A stretch of DNA of 63,998 nucleotides, filler included, from Basidiobolus ranarum (taxonomy: Eukaryota), in NCBI GenBank assembly GCA_040143965.1. It is 12 parts of 12 records of this genome, joined end to end, with 100 filler letters (N's around TTAATTAATTAA, not from the genome) between each part and the next. Parts side by side here need not be neighbours in the genome. Positions count along the whole stretch, not along the records: positions 37,620 to 42,873 come from JASJQH010008530.1; positions 42,974 to 48,217 come from JASJQH010008531.1; positions 48,318 to 53,555 come from JASJQH010008532.1; 9 more parts are not named here. One strand, 5' to 3'. The notes under the pieces are model-generated. The model did no database searches. It saw only the letters and a program-made list of their open reading frames with translations, and was not told the DNA's origin. A program made the translations under genes and the position numbers. This document shows, in pieces, positions 38,922 through 49,492 of this stretch; the first letter of the stretch is position 1, and the number at the start of each line of letters is the position of its first letter.

Positions 38922-41735
38922 TTCAAAGGCGGTATTAGCATCTTTTGCATCTTTGAAGAGGTTAACAATTTTTCAGATCAATGGTTTGCTTAAGCTACAC
39001 TTTTTTGAATTAGACTTTGACATACTGATTATAATAGGTCTGAGATATGAAGCAAATGAATTTGCTGTTGGTGAAGAAATAATACTAGCTTAGAATTAAA
39101 TCAAGTCTCTTTAAATAGGGAAACAGTATCTTTGTAGTGAAAGGTAACAAAGAACTCCAACAAATTCTTTGTTCAGTACTGAACAATGAGTGATATTGAA
39201 TTTTTTATTATATGTGAGTGTTAAAGATAAGTTCATACATATCTCAACCAATGATGATCCAGTTAGCAATAGTATTTGAAAATGATCTTTGATAGACAAT
39301 CTAGATTAAACTATATATTGACAAAGCTCCATATATGTCTTACAATAAACTTGAGCAAAACATATTTCACAATACTTTAATGGCTGAACAAAGTGATTAA
39401 TTAAGTAATTCAAGTAGCAGGTTAATAGTTGTATAAAACGTGTACTTTAACAAAGTCAATAAGAATAAAACAAATAAAGAAAATAGGGAATATGGCTAGA
39501 GTTTCCAACTGTTCATATACCGGAACATTTTCCTGCTCCAATCTGTAAGCCTTTCCCACATTTTGATTGAATCATACTCTTTTGACCAGGCTATTTCCAA
39601 TATTAGCTGGCATGCTAACATTGTAATTGGACCCAGCTATGAGAACTTTAATACGGTTTTAGCCTCCCAGACAGGTTGCCAAACCCCAGGAGTCAAAGTA
39701 CAATCAATTTGACTAGCCATCCCTATGATTAATTGTTAGATCTAGGCTATATATGCTAAATAATTGATTCTACAGTAACTTATGGATATGGCCATATATT
39801 AACATGTATGATTTTGAATATCTTATTAAAAGTGAGATCAGATTCTATAAATAGAAAAAAAGTTCTCCCATTCATCACCCTTACCATAAAGGACCTTTGT
39901 ATTGTCATTTTTTGCTTGAAATTATCAATTATTGTATTACTTGCATCCATCATGTCCAGATACACTTGTAACCATTATTAGTAACTAAGTCTTTGAATTC
40001 AAAGTACTTAGAGACACTCAACAATGGAACACATTGCTGTCACCGGCTTTATTCCATCATCTGTACAACCTATTCTAATATTCACCACCATATGTCTTCT
40101 TCACGTATAGGCAATAAGCCATCTAAACCTGATAAATAGCAATGTTTAGGATAATTTACCGCAGATCATAAGCATTAAACTAAACATTTGCATAATATGT
40201 TGGAGCAAATACCTAAGTAAGCTTCTAAGCAAGCCTTTCTAAGTTTGAAGATGCTTTACTGCCTCAAGCATCAGATTCAGGGTTCAATTATAAGAGTAAT
40301 GATGTACAGGGATTAGACGGCACAGGTTCATCAAATGCTATACCCTTCAATATACCCTCACAGTTAGCAAATACTCTCAGCCAATCTTTACCTTAGGAAG
40401 CGTTGCCTGATTAGGTCCAAGAGAATTCATATAATTACCTTGTATTCATCAATCATCAAACATGGAGCAATAAGCTATCTAAAGCTCTAAAGTATGAACA
40501 AGTTGTTTAATTTCTTCTACATATTCCATAGTACTTTTAAAGGAAATGAGGTTTATGCCGGTATTTCCTCAACTATCTTAGTTATTTACTCTAGGTATAA
40601 CAATATTATACAACAATCAGACAAGGCAAAAGAGCATTCAATGAACGCTTCAATAAGTAATGATATTGAAAATACTTGTTTACTTACCATCCCAATTTTA
40701 TATCATGATGTAACCTATTGTACCGCCAGTTCTCCCACATAAGCTTAACTGTATGTGACATTGATACAACCCCATAATTTAAAGCAATATGTATCCAGAT
40801 ATAGGCAATGAAGATAGTCTCTATGTGGGCTTGTACCATTCCTGTGAGCACCTGTTGAGTTATTATTTGAGTAAACATAGTGCCAGTCATTTTATCAACA
40901 CAACCATCTGTAATACAATTTTATAATTAGCAATGGATCAATGTATACGTTAATAATTTGGTAGGTGTTATTTAATCATCAAATCGGTGTTATAAGCCTG
41001 ATATACCGTCTATCTCAATATAAATACTAACAAATATAAATACAGAAGTGCATTAACAATTACATGCAAATATACATGTCACATTAGGCCTACTTCTTAC
41101 CTCAGTTTACTTGCTAAAGTTTCCATGCCAGAAGCTCCCTCTGGCAGATATTCTAATTGTCATAGAAAATCAATGTTCTCAGTACAATCGGATGATAAAG
41201 CTTCCTTTGTCAAGCAAGTGTTAAAATTAAGCCAGGGCTGGTTCTGTTACTCAAGCAAGTAAGCACTACTGTAACCAGGAAGCTTGATAACTCGAATGAT
41301 GTGAGTATCAATAGTTAAGGAAATTCTGATCTCAAGAATCAGTTGGGACTTAACTTTCAAGTTGAAGGAAGCAGCATAAAATCTGACCAGTGAGAAGTTG
41401 TCCACTCTGGGCCCTATGGTAATAGCAATGTTACACCAGGAGTGTATGAAATTCCACTGAGGGCAGAGTGGAAATTTCCTCAATACCACCTGGAGATGAT
41501 TTCAACTCTGAAGATGCTTTACCGTCTCAAGCATCAGATCCAGGGTACAACAATAAAAGTAACAATATGCAAGGAATACATGATACGGGCTCATCAGATG
41601 TTTGATCCATCCTGATAGTTAGTGAACACTATTGGCCAGTCTTTACCTTAATAAGCGTTACCTAATCAGGTTCAACACAAGCAGGCCATGCTCTGTCAGA
41701 TTCAAATCAGGTTGATTAAGTCCAAATGGTTGAGC

Positions 41736-41813
41736 ATAGGAGGTTTATGTGAATACGTGACTAAATATAGGAGGTTTATGTGAATACGTGACTAAATATA
41801 GGAGGTTTATGTG
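41736..41813 (+). repeat. Perfect 31-bp tandem repeat, 2.5 copies
   Basis: ATAGGAGGTTTATGTGAATACGTGACTAAAT twice plus 16 nt, with no spacers. Confidence 0.95.
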
Positions 41814-42419
41814 TAAGTATTTTTTTGCGTATTTAATGCTGTCAAATGTGGTATTCAGTACATATCCAATCTACAGTGCCATTTCTGTTTAAGTTTAATT
41901 GATTAAGCTCCAATTTGAGTATGACCGTTGACAGAAATTCAATGCTGCATCAATTTAGGAACAACTCTATGACACTTGTTACAAAGACTAAGAGATATAT
42001 GTGAGAATGCTGGGGCATATATTTTATATATATGATATAATGGGAGCATTGATGTAAAGAGTATTTATTTACATTACATAAATCACTATTTATACTGTAT
42101 ATATGGTCACATTGATTCTAAGATAGATCCACCATAGCTGTTACTATATCAAAGAGTGTGGCTCAGGTGAAGTCAGATACTGCAATGTCAATGACCAGAA
42201 AGAGGTTTATTATTCCGGTGGGAAATTCACCATCATGGTATTACCATATAGCGACAAATGGATTCAGCCTTTTGCTGCCATGGATGGAGTTTGGACACCG
42301 TTGAAAGTCAAAAAAGACAAGGATGGCAAGGAAATCCTACACTTTGATGGCAGAGCCAGCACAAGAAGGAAGCTAAAGCGATTTTGGTATTGGTGGTTGG
42401 TTTCTTATATGTCAATACC

Positions 42420-42680
42420 TTTCTTGATTGAACAATTTGCTCAACGATCTGAAGCTATTCACTAAGTTCTCCTTTTTCATATTGTTGGCGTAGCTTTTCT
42501 CTTGATAATTTTCCCGACGAGTTTTTGGTCAAGATGCTTTTGGAGAGTGGTGCTATTATGTGCAGTGCTTGGGAGAAAAACTGGATCATCTTCTGTTGAT
42601 TACTAGAGTGAATATGAGGAAGAGCCTCCTCATCAGATAGCAAGAATGAAGGAAGATAGAAAACAGCTTTGTGATAAAAT
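42420..42680 (-). pseudogene. Fragment of an NRPS-like adenylation domain C-terminus (A-T-TE / quinone-synthetase type)
   Basis: VFYLPSF..DEEA...IIAPLSKSILTKNSSGKLSREKLRQQYEKGE fits the A10 region (L.KS.LGKLSR.K...YE.G). In-frame stop; the fragment is isolated. Confidence 0.6.
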
Positions 42681-42765
42681 TTAGTTTGCTATGAGGTTAA
42701 ATGTTGCCACTAACTATAGCCAGATTTCGAACTTAATTTTGTGAATACAACAACTTTGGAGAAAG

Positions 42766-42873
42766 TGTTGAAATTAGCATTGCCTAAACACCTATATAGT
42801 CATATATAGCTTAGTACTTAGTTATCTTATAATTCACTAAGATATTATCAATTATTCTCAATCGGAATTTACT
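42766..42873 (+). mobile_element. Copia family B LTR, partial
   Basis: Begins TGTTGAAATTAGCATTGCC; cut by the linker. Confidence 0.9.
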
Positions 42874-42973
42874 NNNNNNNNNNNNNNNNNNNNNNNNNNN
42901 NNNNNNNNNNNNNNNNNTTAATTAATTAANNNNNNNNNNNNNNNNNNNNNNNNNNNNNNNNNNNNNNNNNNNN

Positions 42974-44510
42974 ATATCTCAAACAATTGATTTACTTTTC
43001 TACTATATAAGTCACCATATACTCTTAAAAATAAAGTAACTAAAGCACACTATCATAAGTTGCTTCTAATAATTCAAAGTCTACCCCCATTATGTCAAGA
43101 TCCTCCAACAACTACAGTACAATTCATCCACTAAAATAGTGACTTTATCAATCAGTGATTTAATGTCCTCTCCTGGCTCCATCTTTAAGTTAAAGAATTG
43201 TCTTCTTAGAAACATCTTATTGGTGGCAGAACTTGTTTGGTAGTTGTCTTCCAAGGCCTTTCATACCTTTTTGCCAGTTTTAGCTCTTGAACATTGAATT
43301 AGCAATTTGTCTTTAATATTTAGACAAATTGTGTTAAAGGTACTTCTTTCTTTTTTAACCTGGAGTAAAACTTTAGTTTCAGATAGTTTTGCATTGTTTT
43401 CTTTTCCCACAACTGTGTCTCAAAGTTCTTTTTCTTCCTGCAGCATTTTTATTTTTATTTTCCAAACTTGAAAATTGGTTCTGTGCAATTTTTCAGAAAA
43501 GGGAAAAGTTCCATCAATTTGAGAAGTAGATACTGAGAGTGCAAGCTTGGGGCTCATAACCTGTTAAAGTATTTTGGAGCCTGTTGGAAGTGGCTTGGAG
43601 AATTAGAGAAATTGATAGTTCTCACTTGTTGATTAATTGAGTAGAAAGTTGACATTTATAGTTTTGTCAAGATGTAAATAAACTAACATGTAAAATGTGT
43701 TAAAAAAGGTTCCAGAATTATGTGTGCAAAGTTTGGGACTTCTAGCACAAGTTTGAAGAATCTATATATCTGAGAACTTCTAAGTTGATAAAATATTCAA
43801 AGTAAATTCCAGTTGGGAATAATGGATAATATCCTAGTGAAATATAACATAACTAAGTATTAAGCTATATATGACTATATAGGTGTTTAGACAAAGCTAA
43901 TTTAACAGAACATTGATTAGCTATTTGTCTTTAATTTTAAGACAGATTGTGTTGGAGGCACTTTGTTCTTTTTTAAGCTGAAGTGAGTCTTTGGTTTCAG
44001 ATAGTTTTCCATTGTTTAATTCTCCTACAACAGTGTACCAAGGTTCTTTTTCTTACTGCAGTATCTTCATTTTAACATTCCAAGCTTGATAATTGGTTCC
44101 ACCCAATTTTTTAGAAGAGGAAAAAGCTTGAGAAAATTGAGAAGTAGACATTTCAGAGAGTGCAAGCTTGGGGCTCATAACCTGTTAAAGTATTTAAGAG
44201 CCTGTTGGAAGTGGTTTGGGGAATTAGAGAAATTGGTGGTTAGCACTTGTTGACTTATTAAGTATTCAGTTGACATTTGTAGTTTTGTCAAGATATAAGC
44301 AAACTAACATGTATAATGTGTTAAGGAAGGTCCCAGGAACATATGTGCAAAGTTTGGGGCTTCTAGCACAAGTTGGAAAAAATCTATATATCTGAGAACT
44401 TCTGAGTAAACTCCAATATCGAATAATGGGTAATGTCAGTTCAATATAGGATAACTAAATACTACGCTATATATGACTATATAGATGCTTAGGCAATGCT
44501 AATTTCAACA
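42974..44510 (-). mobile_element. Two copia family B 5' ends, one nested in the gag of the other
   Basis: LTRs 43562-43907 and 44183-44510 are each followed on the minus strand by PBS GGTTATGAGCCCC and decayed gag (KLGGTNYQAWNVKMKI). The outer gag (ATG 44151) is interrupted at 43907. Confidence 0.92.
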
Positions 44511-44783
44511 ATAAAGCCATCAGTGAATCAAGACAACCCGTGAATAGAATGAAAGACTATCGTTGACCAGTTAAATCCAATCATCATTTTCTACCATATT
44601 GAATATTAGCGCTAAAAACTCATCAAAGCAAAGTCTTCTCAAGTTAGACAAGGATTCATTCATTTGAAAGCAAATTTATTCCATCGAATAAAAACGATAG
44701 AAAAATTCAGGTAAAATTTTTTAAATCCAATCTTCAAAGATATTTCTATCTTACCAATGATGATAAGAACTTCATCGCTCACG

Positions 44784-44807
44784 CACGTGACATGCTACCC
44801 CAACCCT
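44784..44807 (+). promoter_or_regulatory. Candidate ribosomal-protein promoter module: CACGTGAC plus ACCCCAACCCT
   Basis: An E-box (reverse complement GTCACGTG, Cbf1-type) next to a Homol E/Tbf1-like motif, about 105-125 bp upstream of RPS21. Confidence 0.45.
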
Positions 44808-44910
44808 CTGGTGTAAGGAATCAAAACCCGATGGAAAGCAGGGATTCGTTCCTCCTTTCTTTCCCCATCACCGTAAGTTTCGTCTTTCGTTGACTTCGTA
44901 ATTTTAAACA

Positions 44911-45171
44911 ATGGAAAACGATCAAGGTGTTCTTGTTGACTTGTATGTCCCCCGTAAGTGTTCCGCTACCGGACGTTTGATTCCTGCTAAGGATCACGCC
45001 TCCGTCCAAATCAACATCGGTGATGTTGATGCTGAAGGTCGTTACACCGGTTCTTTCCACACCTACGCCTTCTCCGGATTCGTTCGTAAGCTTGGCGAAT
45101 CTGATGATTCTCTTAACCGTCTTGCCACTGCTGATGGTTACTTGAAGAACGTCTGGTCTTATCAGAAGTAA
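44911..45171 (+). CDS. RPS21: 40S ribosomal protein S21 (eS21)
   Basis: [36 protein letters not shown]...[11 protein letters not shown]. Intronless, with strong codon bias. Confidence 0.99.
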   Translation: MENDQGVLVDLYVPRKCSATGRLIPAKDHASVQINIGDVDAEGRYTGSFHTYAFSGFVRKLGESDDSLNRLATADGYLKNVWSYQK

Positions 45172-45674
45172 ATTATCCATCATATTTTGATGGTCATTGC
45201 GACAATTCAATAAAATATTGACAATTCTTTGATAAAACTCACTCAATCGTATTTTGAATGGATGGATGGATGGATTGTATCTATCTAGGGTTTAGTGCTT
45301 GGGTCACGTTCGTTGTCTTGCCAATAGGGATTGTTTCAAAGACATCGGTTTTGTTATGGAAATAACGTAATGTGTGAAAAAGAGCTGTGTCATATTGGTG
45401 ACGGGGCGGTAATTGGCCACTTGGTGTTTATTATGGTAACAAAATTACATGATATACTACATACATTTGGATGGTGCTACTAAAGAATTGAAATCACGGA
45501 AATTCCGAGAGGATGCGATTGTACAAAGAGCTACTGATACAAGAAATAAATAGTGTTGGCTAGATGAAGTGAAGGAAATGGTCCATATGCTTGAGCTACT
45601 TAAAGGTAGTGAGTATTGCAACGTATGCGCATACGATATGAATGTCATCCAGTAACATCCATTGGGTAACTTGA

Positions 45675-47054
45675 TTATTTTTGCATCAGTGCTGCGGATT
45701 CTTTGATTTCATCGGTCCCATTGGTATTCACATTAGAACCAATCCTACCCAGGAACATTTTTAGCTTCAATCGAGAGGCCTCCATGTATAGCCGCTGTAA
45801 CGATCCTTTGATAATGCCACCATGTACCAGTCTAATGAATGTGTAAAACTCACACACGGAGAATAATCGCTCTCTGCAGAATGCGCATATCTCCTTCGGT
45901 TCATTATCGAAATCGTCATAACGGATTCGATACATCAAAGGTGTTTTGACTTGTTGAAGACAGAGATTGCATGTCTGTTTCGAAGCAGGTGAGAAGGTGG
46001 AACCAAGAGCTGGAAGACTCGAGTTGACAGTTTCGATAATTAGTGTACCAGATTGGGTGGCACTAGTAAGTTTGCGTTGCTGGAACCAACCACGTACGTT
46101 GCAAGATTCGAATCTCATGGCTGGATCCACATCCTCCGCAATGGATCTTCTCATGAATTTAGAGATATATATATTTTTGGGGTTTTTGGGTGCTTCTATG
46201 AATTCCTTAAATTCATCGAATCGGAAGTCGCTAAGATGAAATGACAATTCGAATTCACCACCGTACTCGTACTCAGAGTGAGAGCTATCGTAAGCTGAAT
46301 CTGAACGAATAGATGAGAGTGAAAGACGGTGACTTCCATTTTTACTCAACCTGTATGAGGATCTAGGGGAACCTGTAACACTACCATCCATTAAGGCCAA
46401 CTCTAGTTCGTCCCGTTCTTTTTCCATTCTCATTCTCTCTGCAGATTCTTTGTCTTTTTCTCCGGCGGTTTGTTCGAGCCTAGATTTAAGATCTTCCAGT
46501 TGCTCTTTCTGGGAATTTGCAAGCACTTGAACCTCTGCCAGTTGACGCTCGATGATACTGTATTTACGATCAGCTTCAATTCGCAGTTTTTTCTCTTCAA
46601 CCACCATCTTATTGGCCTCTTCAAATAATCTTGTGGACAACTCCTCCAATTCTGTTTCAATTTGAAGCTTAGCATGCTCTATCTCACCTCTCATAGCAGT
46701 CTGGGTTATCAACTTCTCGGCAAGACTTTGCATGTCCAACTGTAATTGAGTGGCGTCTGAAGTAGAAACTTTAGAAAGTGTGGAACGAAGATCGTCAGCT
46801 ATCTCTCTACACGTCCGTAAGTCGATCTCAGCTTTTGCAAGTTGAAGTTCAAGCTCGGCCTTTTGTTGAGTGGAGACACGTAGATTGGAGGCTAGATTAT
46901 CATTGTCAGTTTGTAATTGTTGAATCTGAAATTCCAACTCTCCAATACGAGCGTTGGCAGAGGCAACATCGAGTATGTCACTTGAAGAATGTGAAGGAAA
47001 GTAGTCCTGTGTAGAGGACGAGGCTCCACACTGATGACAATAGGTTACAGTCAT
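45675..47054 (-). CDS. SEC2: Rab GEF Sec2/Rabin8 family
   Basis: Coiled coil with ETELEELSTRLFEEANKMV. Also FMRRSIAEDVDPAMRF and C-terminal CNLC...ICAFCRERLFSVCEFYTFIR. Confidence 0.92.
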   Translation of the reverse strand: MTVTYCHQCGASSSTQDYFPSHSSSDILDVASANARIGELEFQIQQLQTDNDNLASNLRVSTQQKAELELQLAKAEIDLRTCREIADDLRSTLSKVSTSDATQLQLDMQSLAEKLITQTAMRGEIEHAKLQIETELEELSTRLFEEANKMVVEEKKLRIEADRKYSIIERQLAEVQVLANSQKEQLEDLKSRLEQTAGEKDKESAERMRMEKERDELELALMDGSVTGSPRSSYRLSKNGSHRLSLSSIRSDSAYDSSHSEYEYGGEFELSFHLSDFRFDEFKEFIEAPKNPKNIYISKFMRRSIAEDVDPAMRFESCNVRGWFQQRKLTSATQSGTLIIETVNSSLPALGSTFSPASKQTCNLCLQQVKTPLMYRIRYDDFDNEPKEICAFCRERLFSVCEFYTFIRLVHGGIIKGSLQRLYMEASRLKLKMFLGRIGSNVNTNGTDEIKESAALMQK

Positions 47055-48419
47055 GGTGATATGAAGACGGTGACTGACTGGAATGGATTAGAATGCTATT
47101 TAACTACCAAATAAGATTTTTAAGCTTTCAACAAATTGAGAAATACGAGCCAAGTAATATTTTAGGTTTGATAGCTCTCACTCTATATATAGAGCAAAGT
47201 TACCAAGCTTGGTTGATTGGCAGATCTCAGTATCCAATGAAGGGCCAGAGCACAACAAGAACAGATGATCTAGGATCATTGTAAATCACATGTGTCAACC
47301 AATTCGGAAGATTTCCCGCAACCCCTCTCCTTTTTCCAGGCTTCGAGTTTGGCACTAGTTCAGGCATGCATATCGAATCAATCGAATTATCAGGCTCACG
47401 AACAACGGCTCAGTGTGTAAATCCAGTGGAGCAACAATGGAAACCTTAGGCCTCTCCAACCAACGGGGCCAATGACCATTGTTGTCTCCAATGGATTAAG
47501 GATTGTTGTTATTGGCACTCTAGTCTATATTGTCGTCATCTATTGTAAATGAAACGATTATACAGGTGCGCCAATTGGAGATGAGTGTGCAGAGAATGCC
47601 CAGATCAGAGACAGTATAGTTGAATTTGATGATTATTCTAAACCCCCAACATAAATTAAAATAGAACCGACAGAAAGATATACGTTGAACGCTGACGGGC
47701 AAAATCCGCTTGCTATTGTTGTGTGCGAAATCCGTACTTCGAGTATTAACGATCCAACTGCTGAAGACACGCATATATTAAATCACGGCAGTTGTCATTT
47801 CTCTATTTTGATTCAACACGACCTGCATTATATTCTCTCCAGAATTTGTTTTGCATCGAGCAAGGTGTATTGCCGAGCCAATCTTGCTGAACTAGGGAAA
47901 TGAAGACCGCCAAGATACTGTGCTGTAATTCTTGTGAATTGGAGCAGATGTTAGAACAACTTTAGGCAGAGTAAGCAAGCGAATGCACCATTTCAAATGG
48001 GAAGTGGGTGAGGTGACTGACAGCTTGCTTCGATCGAGTTTCCTTCGATCACCAATAGGGTTAGCTCGTTGCGCTTAACGAGTTATAAAGCAGGTGGGGG
48101 ATCCCACAGATACCGTCGTGTTACACGGCCTTATGTACCACCCAAATAAAAAGGCAACGCAGGCTCTTTGGTGTGGGGGATATTTGTTAACTGCTGGGCA
48201 AAAGAAGTCATAATTATNNNNNNNNNNNNNNNNNNNNNNNNNNNNNNNNNNNNNNNNNNNNTTAATTAATTAANNNNNNNNNNNNNNNNNNNNNNNNNNN
48301 NNNNNNNNNNNNNNNNNTCCAAAATGGGAAGAATGGTCCAAAATAGGTTTGCAAATGGATTTTTTTCTACCATATCCAGTGTGTAGGGTGGAAAGTGTGG
48401 TAGTGGAAGCAGTGCTGGA

Positions 48420-49339
48420 AATGGTTGTTCCGGCAACAGAGGAGATAATAGCAATGATAACTACGGTAAAGGAATATGACTGTTGAAATAGTTGAGATAA
48501 TGTAGCTGATACTTACAATACTGGAACCGGTGGAAATGGAAATGGTGATGGTAACGGTGATTCTGGTAATGGAGGGGATAATGGCAATTGAGCTAGTGTG
48601 TAGGATGCTAGAAAGCGTGGAGATGGAAATGATAACAGTGGTGCTGGCAATGGAGGAGACAATGGCAATGACAACGGCGGCAATGAAGCTGACATTTATG
48701 ATACTGGAAAGGGTGGTAATAACAATGAAGATGGAAACGGTGGTGCGAAAAATGGAGGAGACAATGGTAATGGCAATGGTGGCAATAGAGCCGGATCTTA
48801 TGATATTGGAAAATATAGTGATGACAATGGAGCTCGCACTTATGATACTAGAAAGGGTGATATTGGCAACAAAAATGGTAACGGTGGTGCTGGGAACGGA
48901 AGAGACAATGGCAGGTAATGGAGCAAGCACTTATGATGCAGGACAGGGTGTTAATGGAAATGGTGATGGTCTCGGTGGTTCTGGAAATGGTTGGGATAAT
49001 GGCAATAGCACGGCGCTTATGATGCTGAAGAGGATGGAAATGGAGCTGGCAATGGAGCTGGTGCCTATAATGCTGGAAAGGGTGATGATAGAGCCGGCAA
49101 TGGAAACAGTGGTTCTGGTAATGAAGGAGATAATGAAAATAGAGCTGATGCCTATGATGCTGTTAAGGGAGGGAATGGTGATGTTAATGGTGATAATGAA
49201 GCTGGGAAGGGTGGTAATAGAAATAGTGATGGAAATGGTGGTTTTGGTTATGGGAAGAAAATGGCAATGGTAATAGTCATAATGGAGCTGACCCTTATGA
49301 TGCTGGACAGGGCGGTATTGGTAGTAGTTATGATAAGAT
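48420..49339 (+). pseudogene. Decayed Gly/Asn/Asp-rich repeat protein gene, truncated at telomeric repeats
   Basis: Recurring GNG(D/G)N units and an (A/G)x(A/T)YDAGKG motif about 10 times. Stops and frameshifts. Ends abruptly at GGTTAGGG. Confidence 0.7.
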
Positions 49340-49365
49340 GGTTAGGGTTAGGGTCAGGGTTAGGG
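49340..49365 (+). repeat. Telomeric repeat tract (TTAGGG x about 4, one TCAGGG)
   Basis: GGTTAGGGTTAGGGTCAGGGTTAGGG. Further same-strand tracts at 49473-49492, 53258-53270 and 53399-53408. Confidence 0.9.
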
Positions 49366-49492
49366 GGATGAAAAGCACCATATGGTGTGAACTTTATTTA
49401 GCTTAAATCCTAATATATACAAAGTGACAATCAAGGCATTAATCTTTTAAGATGTTAGAGTATAGATGTTCTGGTAAGGGTTAGGGTTTAGG

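Noticed and set aside
39680-39710. YFDSWG on the minus strand as a Polinton/adenain protease motif
   Set aside because: No upstream HW or downstream Q..CG motif, and no polB, ATPase or capsid nearby.
41736-41813. 31-bp repeats as a CRISPR array
   Set aside because: Head-to-tail with no spacers, no cas genes, eukaryotic context.
44821-45246. 141-aa ORF antisense to RPS21 (similarly 26471-26836, 35555-35929, 35724-36140)
   Set aside because: Shadow ORFs caused by codon bias or low complexity of the real genes.
48367-49273. Met-rich 247-aa and Ile/Ser-rich 187-aa ORFs
   Set aside because: Off-frame and antisense shadows of the GGN-AAT-rich Gly/Asn repeat.
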